A stretch of DNA of 39,386 nucleotides from Myxococcota bacterium (GTDB lineage: Bacteria > Myxococcota > JACRCW01). The stretch spans positions 1 through 39,386 of the forward strand of contig JBFMGU010000081.1 in the NCBI GenBank assembly GCA_040752415.1, given 5' to 3'. The notes beneath the pieces are model-generated. The model made no database searches. It had not been told where the DNA came from and saw nothing but the letters and a program-made list of their open reading frames with translations. Of this stretch, positions 26,710-34,748 are shown piece after piece. Both the position numbers and the translations under genes were made by a program. Position 1 is the first letter of the stretch. The number at the start of each line of letters is the position of its first letter.

Positions 26710-27797
26710 GGCTTGCGGGCCACCACGACCTTGGAGAGGTAATGCGACTCACTGCCCTCCACGTGGAATCCGCACGCGCGCAGCACCTGTTCCACGTCGT
26801 CACGCAGGTACGAGGCGTAGTAGGGCTCGTGGTACAGCTCCTGGAACGCCTCCAGGAACCAGCGGATGTCACGCCCGTCGGAAAGCTGCGCGGAGTCGCA
26901 CACCACCAGCACGCCGCCGGGGCGCAGCACGCGCATGGCTTCCCGCACCACCCGTCGACGCGCGTCGCGCGGAAGCTCATGGAGCAGGAAGATGGACGTG
27001 GCCGCGTCAAAGAAGCGGTCCGCGAACGGCATGTGCTCGGCGGAGTCGCACATCAGGCTGACGTCGGGAACGTGGCGCAGCACGCGGCCCGCTTCCGCCA
27101 GATACGGATGGCTCAGGTCCAGGCCGTAGAGCTTGGCGCGGGGCAGGGTGCGGTGGAGCTGTTCCAGGAAGCGCCCGGTGCCACAGGCCACGTCGACGAC
27201 GCGCGGCCAGGGATGGCGCTGGATGTTCTCCACCAGCGGCGGCAGCGCCATGCGGCGCATGACGTCGGCGGCGCCCAGGAAGAGGAGCTCCACGCCCACG
27301 TCGTACAGGCCCGCGGAGCGCTCGGAGAACCAGCCGTCGCTCTGCCAGTGGAAGTTGCGCAGGTAATACGCGGGATGGTGCGAGCGGTTGATGTTCTCCG
27401 GCAGCTCGTCGAAACGGTTCTGCACCCGTCGCCACCAGACCCGCGGGACCTCACGCAGCACGGCGGGGAAGGTGCGCGCGTAGGTGGCCCAGGGCAGCGA
27501 GAAGAGGAGGTCCCGCGGGTACGCGCCGCGCTGGACGTTGGCCAGGTCGCGCTCCAGCAACGCCTCGAAGCGACGACGCAGGAACTCGTGTTGCTCCGGT
27601 GGCGCGTCGTCGTGGTCCGGCTTCATCACGCGGTGGAACGCGCGCGCGCCCAGCTGCAACGGCACGGCAATCCCGCGGTGCGCGACCATGTACCGCAACG
27701 CGTCCATGCGCTGTTGCCACCGGTTGGACCAGGCGGGCGCGGGCGTAAACGAGCCCTGCCGACCTTGGGCGAGTTCCGTCCAATGAGCTGCCACCAT
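26706..27797 (-). CDS. Class I SAM-dependent methyltransferase (YYLRNFHWQxDGW type)
   Basis: YYLRNFHWQSDGW, VDVACGTG, GLDLS, AEHMPF, FLLHELP, RVLRPGG, HEPYY. Start uncertain (27797, 27842, 27857 or 28028). Stop overlaps the EboD-like start (ATGA). Confidence 0.88.
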   Translation of the reverse strand: MVAAHWTELAQGRQGSFTPAPAWSNRWQQRMDALRYMVAHRGIAVPLQLGARAFHRVMKPDHDDAPPEQHEFLRRRFEALLERDLANVQRGAYPRDLLFSLPWATYARTFPAVLREVPRVWWRRVQNRFDELPENINRSHHPAYYLRNFHWQSDGWFSERSAGLYDVGVELLFLGAADVMRRMALPPLVENIQRHPWPRVVDVACGTGRFLEQLHRTLPRAKLYGLDLSHPYLAEAGRVLRHVPDVSLMCDSAEHMPFADRFFDAATSIFLLHELPRDARRRVVREAMRVLRPGGVLVVCDSAQLSDGRDIRWFLEAFQELYHEPYYASYLRDDVEQVLRACGFHVEGSESHYLSKVVVARKP

Positions 27798-28027
27798 GGG
27801 ATCAAGCCCTGTGCGTGATGGGGTTGAGGTGCCGGTCTTCATAACGGCGGGACGCATGCGTCGCCGCAGGCCATCACGGGAGGTCACGTCGGTGAGCGCG
27901 CAGTTGATCGCGCACGCCTGCCTCCTTCCCGCCGCCACCACGGCGAACTGCCCGTCCCACGACGCGCCGCCCGCCGCGTACCAACCGGGATGGTGCAAAC
28001 CGGGATGCCGTGATGAGGCAGTCGACA

Positions 28028-29620
28028 TCAGCGCTGCGCGCGTGGGGGCTCGCGTCGTCGGGCGGGGCGGGGCCGGGCTTGGCCCAGGTTGGCGTTGGCG
28101 GGGCCGTTGAGGACGGTGCCATAGGCGTCAAAGCGGGAGCCGTGACACGGGCAGTCCCACGTCTTCTCGCTGGTGTTCCAGTGCACCACGCAACCCAGGT
28201 GCGGGCACTGGGCGGAGCGCTTGTGGAGCACGCCGTCGTCGTCGCGGTAGCAGGCCAGGCGCATCATGCCTTCCCGCACCACCGCGCCCTCGCCACGACG
28301 GATGGCGTCGGCGTCGGGAGCGTCCGCGGGACGGAGCCACTCCGTGTAGTGGGGAAGGACGTTGAGGTTCTCCCTGGCCAGCTCGGTGGCGGCGCGCGGG
28401 CTGAGACGGGCGGGGTCGTAGAGTCCGGACCACGGATTGGCGCGCCCGACGATGAGGTCGCTGAGGATCATCCCGGCGAGGGTGCCGTGGGTCATGCCGT
28501 GACCGGAGTCGCCAGTGGCAATGAACACGTTCTCGTCGTCACCGGGGTTGCGACCAATGTACGCGAGCCCATCCGACGGCTCCATGACCTGGCCGGACCA
28601 CCGGGCCTCGACGGGGCCGGCGTTGGTGAACCGCGCACGGGCCCATGCTTCCAGGCGCGTGAAACGGGCCGGGTAGTCCTGCGTCTGCCCCGTCTTGTGG
28701 TCCTCCCCGCCGACGAGGAGCAGGTCGTGGCGGCTCCTGCCGTTGCGCGCCTTCGGCGTGGCCAGGCGAACGTAGTGATAGGGGTCCTCGGTGTCCCAGT
28801 AGAGGGCGGTTTCCACGTCGTCACGGGGGATGCGCAGGGCCACCACGTAGGTGCGGTAGGCGGCCTGCTTGAGCGGGATGATGACCCGGTTGTTGACGGG
28901 CGCGTTGGTGGCCACCACGACGTGACCCACGCGGATGCGGTGCCCCTCCCGGGTGAGCACGCGGGCCAGGTCGCCACCTTGCATCTCGGCGGCGTGGGTG
29001 TCCTCGTAGATCTGGCCGCCCCGCCGCACGAACGCGCTGGCGATGCCGTGCAGGTACTTCAGCGGATGGAACTGCGCCTGGTTGGGCCAGCGGATGCACG
29101 GACCGGTGTGGAAGGTGCGGATGGGCGCGTGGTCGACGAGGGAGATCTCGGTGAAGCCGGCGCGGTGGGCGGCTTCCGCTTCCTGGTGCAGCAGCTCGTG
29201 GGGCTGACCGCGGCCCGCGAACAGGTAACCGGGGATGCGGGTGAACTCGCAGTCGATTTCGTACTGGGTCACCAGCCGTTCCACGGTGTCTATCGCGGCG
29301 CGGTGGCTCTCTCCCGCCTGGCGCGCGCCCCGACGACCGTGCAGGCGTTCCAGCTCGGAGAAACGGTCATCCAGCGCGCTGGAGAGGTGCGCGGTGGTGC
29401 GGCCGGTCTCCCCGCTGCCAATGGCGCCGTCTTCCACCAACGTCACCCGGAGGCCCTGTTCCGCGAGCAGCAACGCGGTGGTGAGCCCGGTGATGCCGCC
29501 GCCCACGACGCACACGTCGCCATGAACGTCTTCCGCGAGCCTGGGGTACCGGGTTGCCGGGTTGGACTTCAGCCAGTTGCTCGTGTTGCGACCGCTGCTG
29601 ACCACGGATCGACGGGACAT
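28028..29620 (-). CDS. FAD-dependent oxidoreductase with C-terminal Rieske 2Fe-2S domain (YhfW-like)
   Basis: VVGGGITG, GSGETGRTTAHL, GDSGHGMTHG; Rieske CPHLGC...WDCPCHGSRF. Confidence 0.92.
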   Translation of the reverse strand: MSRRSVVSSGRNTSNWLKSNPATRYPRLAEDVHGDVCVVGGGITGLTTALLLAEQGLRVTLVEDGAIGSGETGRTTAHLSSALDDRFSELERLHGRRGARQAGESHRAAIDTVERLVTQYEIDCEFTRIPGYLFAGRGQPHELLHQEAEAAHRAGFTEISLVDHAPIRTFHTGPCIRWPNQAQFHPLKYLHGIASAFVRRGGQIYEDTHAAEMQGGDLARVLTREGHRIRVGHVVVATNAPVNNRVIIPLKQAAYRTYVVALRIPRDDVETALYWDTEDPYHYVRLATPKARNGRSRHDLLLVGGEDHKTGQTQDYPARFTRLEAWARARFTNAGPVEARWSGQVMEPSDGLAYIGRNPGDDENVFIATGDSGHGMTHGTLAGMILSDLIVGRANPWSGLYDPARLSPRAATELARENLNVLPHYTEWLRPADAPDADAIRRGEGAVVREGMMRLACYRDDDGVLHKRSAQCPHLGCVVHWNTSEKTWDCPCHGSRFDAYGTVLNGPANANLGQARPRPARRREPPRAQR

Positions 29621-29730
29621 TGCGCGCCTGGGGAAGGGGTGGTGCGCAATTGGTTTCCCGTTGGAGGGATCGCGTTCAGCCGGGGCTCACGGCGACGGAG
29701 ACGCGCGTTGTCCCGACGACAACCGGGGCG

Positions 29731-30801
29731 TCAGACCTCGAGGTCCACGCTGTAGCTCTCCTCTTTCACCGACGACAGCTGCCCGCGCTCCGCGGCCTTC
29801 ATGAGCCGCCAGATCTCCGGCCCCAGCACGTCAATCTCGGTCGAGACGTACTGCTCCCCGCCGAACCGCTGGATGTTCCTCGTCTGCAGCGCGAGCATGG
29901 CGGCGTCCTGCTTGAGGATCCGGCTGACCACTGGCGTCATGGCGGTCTGCACCACGCGCGGCGGGACCGGCAGCCTCCAACTCACCACACCGTACTGACG
30001 CGTGAGGAAGTCACTGATGGGCGTGAAGATGGCGTTCACCAGCAGGTGCGCATCTCCCAGCCGGTACTCCACCTGCGCAATGGACGGCATGAGGAAGCGG
30101 TCAAAGTGCGTGACCACGCCCCCTCGGGGCGCGAGGATCCTCCCCGCCAATCCGCCCGGCCGGGACTCGCCCACGTACTCCGCCTCGACGCCACTCCGGG
30201 TGCGCTTCACCACTGCCTTGATGCGTGAGCGCTTGCTGCTGGCGCCCCGGAACAGCCCGCGGTGCAGGAACGCGGTGTGCGGAACATCCAGCGCGTTCTC
30301 CGCGCACGCGTGCACCGTGCACGGCATGTCCAGGTCCTGGTGGACGCTGGCGTAGCGAGGGTCATGGAGGTGCGGCAGCGCGTGGGGTGAGACGGTGGGC
30401 TCCACCTCCGGGTTCATGAACACCCAGACCAACCCATCCTGCTCCACCACGCGGTACGCGGTGTTGTGTCGTCCCTTGGGCGGCGTGGCCTCGCACAGCC
30501 CGGGGATGAGTCGACACTGCCCGTCCGCGTCGAAGCGCCACCCGTGGTACGCGCACTCCAGGGTCCCGTCGCGCACGGTGCCTTCGGACAGCGGCACGTT
30601 GCGGTGGGGACAGCGGTCCAGCATCACCGCGGCGCGCCCGCCGGCAGCGCGGAAGACCACCAGCGGGACACCCAGGACGGTGCGTGCCAGCGGCTGCTTC
30701 CCCAGCTCCGACGAGCGACACGCCACGTACCAGTAGTCGGTGAGGGTGGCCACGGAGGTGTGGCCCTTGGTCTGGGGAGCAATCAGCCGCAGCGACGTCA
30801 T
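29731..30801 (-). CDS. Rieske non-heme iron oxygenase alpha subunit (VanA/aromatic oxygenase-like)
   Basis: DRCPHR...CAYHGW Rieske ligands; ENALDVPHTAFLH and QD mononuclear-iron ligands. Confidence 0.9.
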   Translation of the reverse strand: MTSLRLIAPQTKGHTSVATLTDYWYVACRSSELGKQPLARTVLGVPLVVFRAAGGRAAVMLDRCPHRNVPLSEGTVRDGTLECAYHGWRFDADGQCRLIPGLCEATPPKGRHNTAYRVVEQDGLVWVFMNPEVEPTVSPHALPHLHDPRYASVHQDLDMPCTVHACAENALDVPHTAFLHRGLFRGASSKRSRIKAVVKRTRSGVEAEYVGESRPGGLAGRILAPRGGVVTHFDRFLMPSIAQVEYRLGDAHLLVNAIFTPISDFLTRQYGVVSWRLPVPPRVVQTAMTPVVSRILKQDAAMLALQTRNIQRFGGEQYVSTEIDVLGPEIWRLMKAAERGQLSSVKEESYSVDLEV

Positions 30802-30832
30802 GGGGAGCTCATTGGGGACCGGGGGTGTGCTC

Positions 30833-30930
30833 AGAAAAGGAAGTCAGGAGCCAGAAGTTGGAAGATGACTCCACGACGACGGTGGGCTCGCACCTTCTGA
30901 CTTCTGCATTCTGACTTCTGACTTCCTTCT
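30833..30930. repeat. Inverted array of degenerate heptamers (AGAAGTC)n ... (GACTTCT)n
   Basis: Left arm GGAAGTCAGGAGCCAGAAGTTGGAAG; right arm CTTCTGACTTCTGCATTCTGACTTCTGACTTCCTTCT. The arms are approximately complementary. Confidence 0.75.
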
Positions 30931-30947
30931 AGCAGCCCCAAGGCCCA

Positions 30948-31721
30948 TCAGTTGAACGTGTAGGCTTCGGTCTCGCCGGTGTCGGGGTTGAGGCCCACGT
31001 AGCAGCCGTGGTCGCTGCCCACCGCGTTGTTGATCTGGAACACCAGCGGGTAGCTGCTCACCAGGTCCTGCGGGTCGCTCTCACCCGGGAAGAAGACGCG
31101 GGTGGGCCTGAGGTCGGCGCGCATGGCCCGCACCTCCGCACGCGTGGCGCCACCGTCGAGGATCTCCGGTGCCCAGTTCTCGTCAAAGTACTGCTGGAAC
31201 GCCGTCATGGCCTTCTCCAGCTGCTCCTTGGTCACCTTCACCGGGGAGAACACCCACTCACCCTGGAACTTCACGGCAAACGCGGTGTGCTCCTCCCCGC
31301 CGGCCTTCCACGTGAACTCAAAGCCGCTGCGCTCACTGCCCTTCACGTCGGAGATGTCCACGCTGCCCTGCGCCAGGTCGTAGTCGCTGACCATGGTCTT
31401 GAACGCGTCCCGCGCCGTGATGGGCAGCTGCGCGTTCCCGGTGATCTGCGTGAGCCGCGCCTCCACTGCGCTGCGGCCCTTGGTTTCGAACTCCTGCAGC
31501 ACCTCCCCCGCGTCTCCGTCGCCACCCACGAAGCGGCGCGCATCCTGGATGTGCTGCAGGCTCTTCTCGTACACCTGCTCCGGCGCCTTGCTGCGCCCAA
31601 TCTCGCTCAGCGCCGCGGCGACGATCTTCCTGGCATCCGCCTGGCTGACCACTGCATTGCGATCATTGGTGAGCGCGCGGCCGATGGCACGGCGCGTCTT
31701 GCTGCCGATGGCGTCCGTCAT
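30948..31721 (-). CDS. Hypothetical protein
   Basis: GC3-biased ORF with GGAG RBS before ATG 31721; no family recognised. Confidence 0.75.
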   Translation of the reverse strand: MTDAIGSKTRRAIGRALTNDRNAVVSQADARKIVAAALSEIGRSKAPEQVYEKSLQHIQDARRFVGGDGDAGEVLQEFETKGRSAVEARLTQITGNAQLPITARDAFKTMVSDYDLAQGSVDISDVKGSERSGFEFTWKAGGEEHTAFAVKFQGEWVFSPVKVTKEQLEKAMTAFQQYFDENWAPEILDGGATRAEVRAMRADLRPTRVFFPGESDPQDLVSSYPLVFQINNAVGSDHGCYVGLNPDTGETEAYTFN

Positions 31722-31764
31722 GGGTTTCTCCGTTGAAGGGGAGGGGATCCATACCGCGCCGTCG

Positions 31765-34527
31765 TCAGGCGTCAACGCCCCGCACCGCAATCCCCAGCGC
31801 TTGCAGCTTCTCCACCACGGCTTTGAGCGCGGAGCGCACCAGGTACACCGTCTTCATCTGGGCCTGGGTGTCGGCGTCCAAACGCATGATCGTGGAGTTG
31901 GTCATGAAGGTCTGCACCGCCTGGTCCATGGCGGTCTGGTGGCGGATCAGGTTGGCCAGGACGGTTCCCAGCTCGGTGCGGAGGGTTTCCGCGTCGCCCC
32001 CCTCGCGCGACTGGAGCGCGGTGAGCATGCTCTCATTGGCGCCCTGGAGCTGCTTGATGGTCCGCTGCAGCTCCTCCACGCGCGCGCGCTCGGAAGCCAG
32101 CAACGCCTGCACCTCCGACGAGTCCACGCCCACGCTGCGCGTCTTGAGCTCCGTGTTGAGGCGGATGACCTGCTCCTCCAGCTGCGCCACCTTCTGCAGG
32201 GATGCCTCTCCCGCGTGATGCAGGCGCGCGTTGGCCATCTCCGCCTGCGCGCGCAGCCCGTCCGCCTCCTGTTGCAGGGCCTCGATCTCCGCCTGGGCCT
32301 GCCCCAGTGCCTCCTCCAGGTCCTGGGCCTGTTGCCTCAGCGCGTTGCGCTCGTCGTCAAAGCGGCTGACCTGCTCCTTGAGCTGGCGCAGCTCCATGTA
32401 GATGGGCCCAATGGTCTCTTCCTTGTTGATGAGGTCATTGGTGACGGTGAGCAGCTTGCGCTCCGCGGCCTCCGCGCGCTTGGCCATCTCCTCCAGGCGC
32501 ATCTGGGCCATGCCGGCCTGGTCGCGTGCCTCCGTCATCGTCGCCACCGCGGCGGCGCGCTCCGTCTCCTTGGTGCGGAGGTCGTCCCTGGCACGCTCCG
32601 CCGCGCTCTCCGCGCGCTGCACGCGTTCCTGCAGCTGGAGCAGCTCCGCCTCGCGGGTGTCCGCCGCCACGCGGGCCTCGCTCTCTGCGGCGGCCAGCAG
32701 CTCCTTGAGCTCCGCTTCACGCTCCAGGGCTTCCTTGAGGGACGCGTCGCGGTCGCGCATCTCCTGGCGGAACGCCTCCACCTGACCGCGCACGTTGCGC
32801 GTCTCGACGGAGAGCTCCTGGACGCGCGCCTGCGCCCTGGCCAGCTCCGCGCGTGCCTCGGCCAGCTCCGCTTCCACCTTCTCGGTGACGGAGCGGGCCA
32901 GCAGGACCTTCTCCTCCTCCGCGCGCTTCTCCTCCTGCGCCTTCTCCAGCTGCACGCGCAGGTCGTCCAGCTCCTGCTGCAGCGCGGAGCGCGCCTCCGT
33001 CTCAATCTGCAGCGAGACGTCCTTGCCGCTGACGGACATCTGCAGCGACTGCAGCTCCTCCTCCAGGACCTGCACGCGCGTGCCCAGCTCGTCGGCGCGG
33101 GCTTCCGCCTGGGCGCGGGCCTGCACCGCCTCGTCGCGGGAGACCTCCAGCTCACGACGGGTGCCCTGCAGCTCCGCGGCGCCCTGGCGCGCTTCCGCCA
33201 ACGCCGCATCCAGGCGTGACTGCAGCTCCTCCTGCTGGCTGGCCTGGCCGGAGGCGGCCGCGCGGGCCTCGTCCAGCTCCTTGCGCAACGCGGCAACTTC
33301 CGCCTGGTGCTCCGTGCGCAGCTTCTCGTGCCCCTCGGTGGCCTGCTGCAGCTTCTTCTCCGCGGCCTCCGCGCGGGTCTTGAGCGCCCCGGCGTCCTTC
33401 TGCTGGGACTGCGCCTTCTTCTCGGCTTCCGCCAGGCGCGCCTTCAGCGACTCCAGCTCGGTTCGCGCGGCCGCGGCGGCCTTCTCCTCCGCCTGCGCCT
33501 TCTCCTCGGCCTTCTTCTGCGCCTGCTCGGCGTTGACCGCGCGCAGCGTCAGCGACTGCGTCTTCGACGCCAGGCCCTGGGCCTCCTCTCGGATGGTGGA
33601 CAGCGCGGCGCGCTCCTTCTCCCCGCGCGCGGCCTCATCCTGCGCCTTCTGCAGGCGGTCCTTGAGCTCCACCAGCTCCGCGCGGACAAAGGCCAGCTCC
33701 TTCTCCTTGCTGGCCACCTCCGCCACCGCGCGCTCCAGCTCCTTCTCCAGCGTGTTGCGACCGGTCCCCGCGGACTGCCCCTGCGGCGGCGTCTTGCGCT
33801 CTTCCACGGGACGGGTGCGCAGCCCGGAGACATCCCGCGACCGGCCGGGATTGCGCACGGTCTCCTGCACGGTCTCCAGCGGCACGGTGAAGTCGGCCAC
33901 GTTGGTGGCGTCGGAGAAGTGGCTGGCGCGCACCACGTCCGGCAGCAGCGCGGAGAGCTCCGTCCGCCACGGCGTCTCGGAAGCGCCGGCCCACTCCACC
34001 ACGGCGGAGGCGCCCAGCTCCTTGAGCGTCTGCACCACCGGACCGGCCTTGGGCACGCACGCCACGAACGGGATGCGGTGCGCACCGTTCTTGAGCGCGC
34101 TGATGAGCAGCCGGGCCCACCCGGGGTCCTTCTCCACCGCCAGCACCGCCAGGCAGTAGCTGCCCGTCTGCAGCGCGTCGCGGGCGCTGCGGCCGGTCTC
34201 CACCAGCGTGGGACGCAGCTCCAGCTTGCGCAGCATGGCGCCAATGTCCGCCCAGCCGCCGTTGCTGGGATCCACCACCAGCACCTGCGGCCCGCTGCCC
34301 ACGTCCATCACCGGGGCCGGCATGGTCATGGTGGGTTGGGCGTCGTCGGAGGGCATCATGGGGCTGATGCGCGTGGACTCCACCTCCTCCTCGCTGGCAA
34401 AGGCCGACTCGTCGTCGACGACCGGCACTTCCAACCGCTGGGTAGGCGCGCCGGGCGTCACCGGTTGACCGGTGGGCTGCGGCGGTCGCGCACGACCGGA
34501 GCTGTTGGGGTTGGCCTGACGCGCCAT
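31765..34527 (-). CDS. Pseudo-receiver domain plus long coiled-coil protein (AglZ/FrzS-like architecture)
   Basis: REC-like QVLVVDP...CLAVLAV...IPFVAC...LGASAVVEW lacks the phospho-Asp and the conserved Lys; roughly 600 aa of E/A/L/Q/R/K-rich heptads follow. Start uncertain. Confidence 0.75.
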   Translation of the reverse strand: MARQANPNSSGRARPPQPTGQPVTPGAPTQRLEVPVVDDESAFASEEEVESTRISPMMPSDDAQPTMTMPAPVMDVGSGPQVLVVDPSNGGWADIGAMLRKLELRPTLVETGRSARDALQTGSYCLAVLAVEKDPGWARLLISALKNGAHRIPFVACVPKAGPVVQTLKELGASAVVEWAGASETPWRTELSALLPDVVRASHFSDATNVADFTVPLETVQETVRNPGRSRDVSGLRTRPVEERKTPPQGQSAGTGRNTLEKELERAVAEVASKEKELAFVRAELVELKDRLQKAQDEAARGEKERAALSTIREEAQGLASKTQSLTLRAVNAEQAQKKAEEKAQAEEKAAAAARTELESLKARLAEAEKKAQSQQKDAGALKTRAEAAEKKLQQATEGHEKLRTEHQAEVAALRKELDEARAAASGQASQQEELQSRLDAALAEARQGAAELQGTRRELEVSRDEAVQARAQAEARADELGTRVQVLEEELQSLQMSVSGKDVSLQIETEARSALQQELDDLRVQLEKAQEEKRAEEEKVLLARSVTEKVEAELAEARAELARAQARVQELSVETRNVRGQVEAFRQEMRDRDASLKEALEREAELKELLAAAESEARVAADTREAELLQLQERVQRAESAAERARDDLRTKETERAAAVATMTEARDQAGMAQMRLEEMAKRAEAAERKLLTVTNDLINKEETIGPIYMELRQLKEQVSRFDDERNALRQQAQDLEEALGQAQAEIEALQQEADGLRAQAEMANARLHHAGEASLQKVAQLEEQVIRLNTELKTRSVGVDSSEVQALLASERARVEELQRTIKQLQGANESMLTALQSREGGDAETLRTELGTVLANLIRHQTAMDQAVQTFMTNSTIMRLDADTQAQMKTVYLVRSALKAVVEKLQALGIAVRGVDA

Positions 34528-34748
34528 GAGGACAGAGGGCTCCGCCCCCGCCAAGACGGAAGGGGGCCCCCCATCATCGCCCCCCCGGGCGGATCGTCCA
34601 ACTGAAGTTCCACCTCCCGCCGCCCGCCGGGCCGGTCCCGCCAAATGTTGCTCGGTCAAGGGACGGCCTTGGCATGTGGGCGCGGTGTGCTACCAAGCTG
34701 CGTCCCCAACGCCTGACCGGCGTTTCGCCGGGGGGCGCAGGAGCGTGC

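Noticed and set aside
27994..28010. Possible sigma54 promoter (minus strand CGGCATCCCGGTTTGCA)
   Set aside because: The GG-to-GC spacing is 11 nt, not the strict 10 nt.
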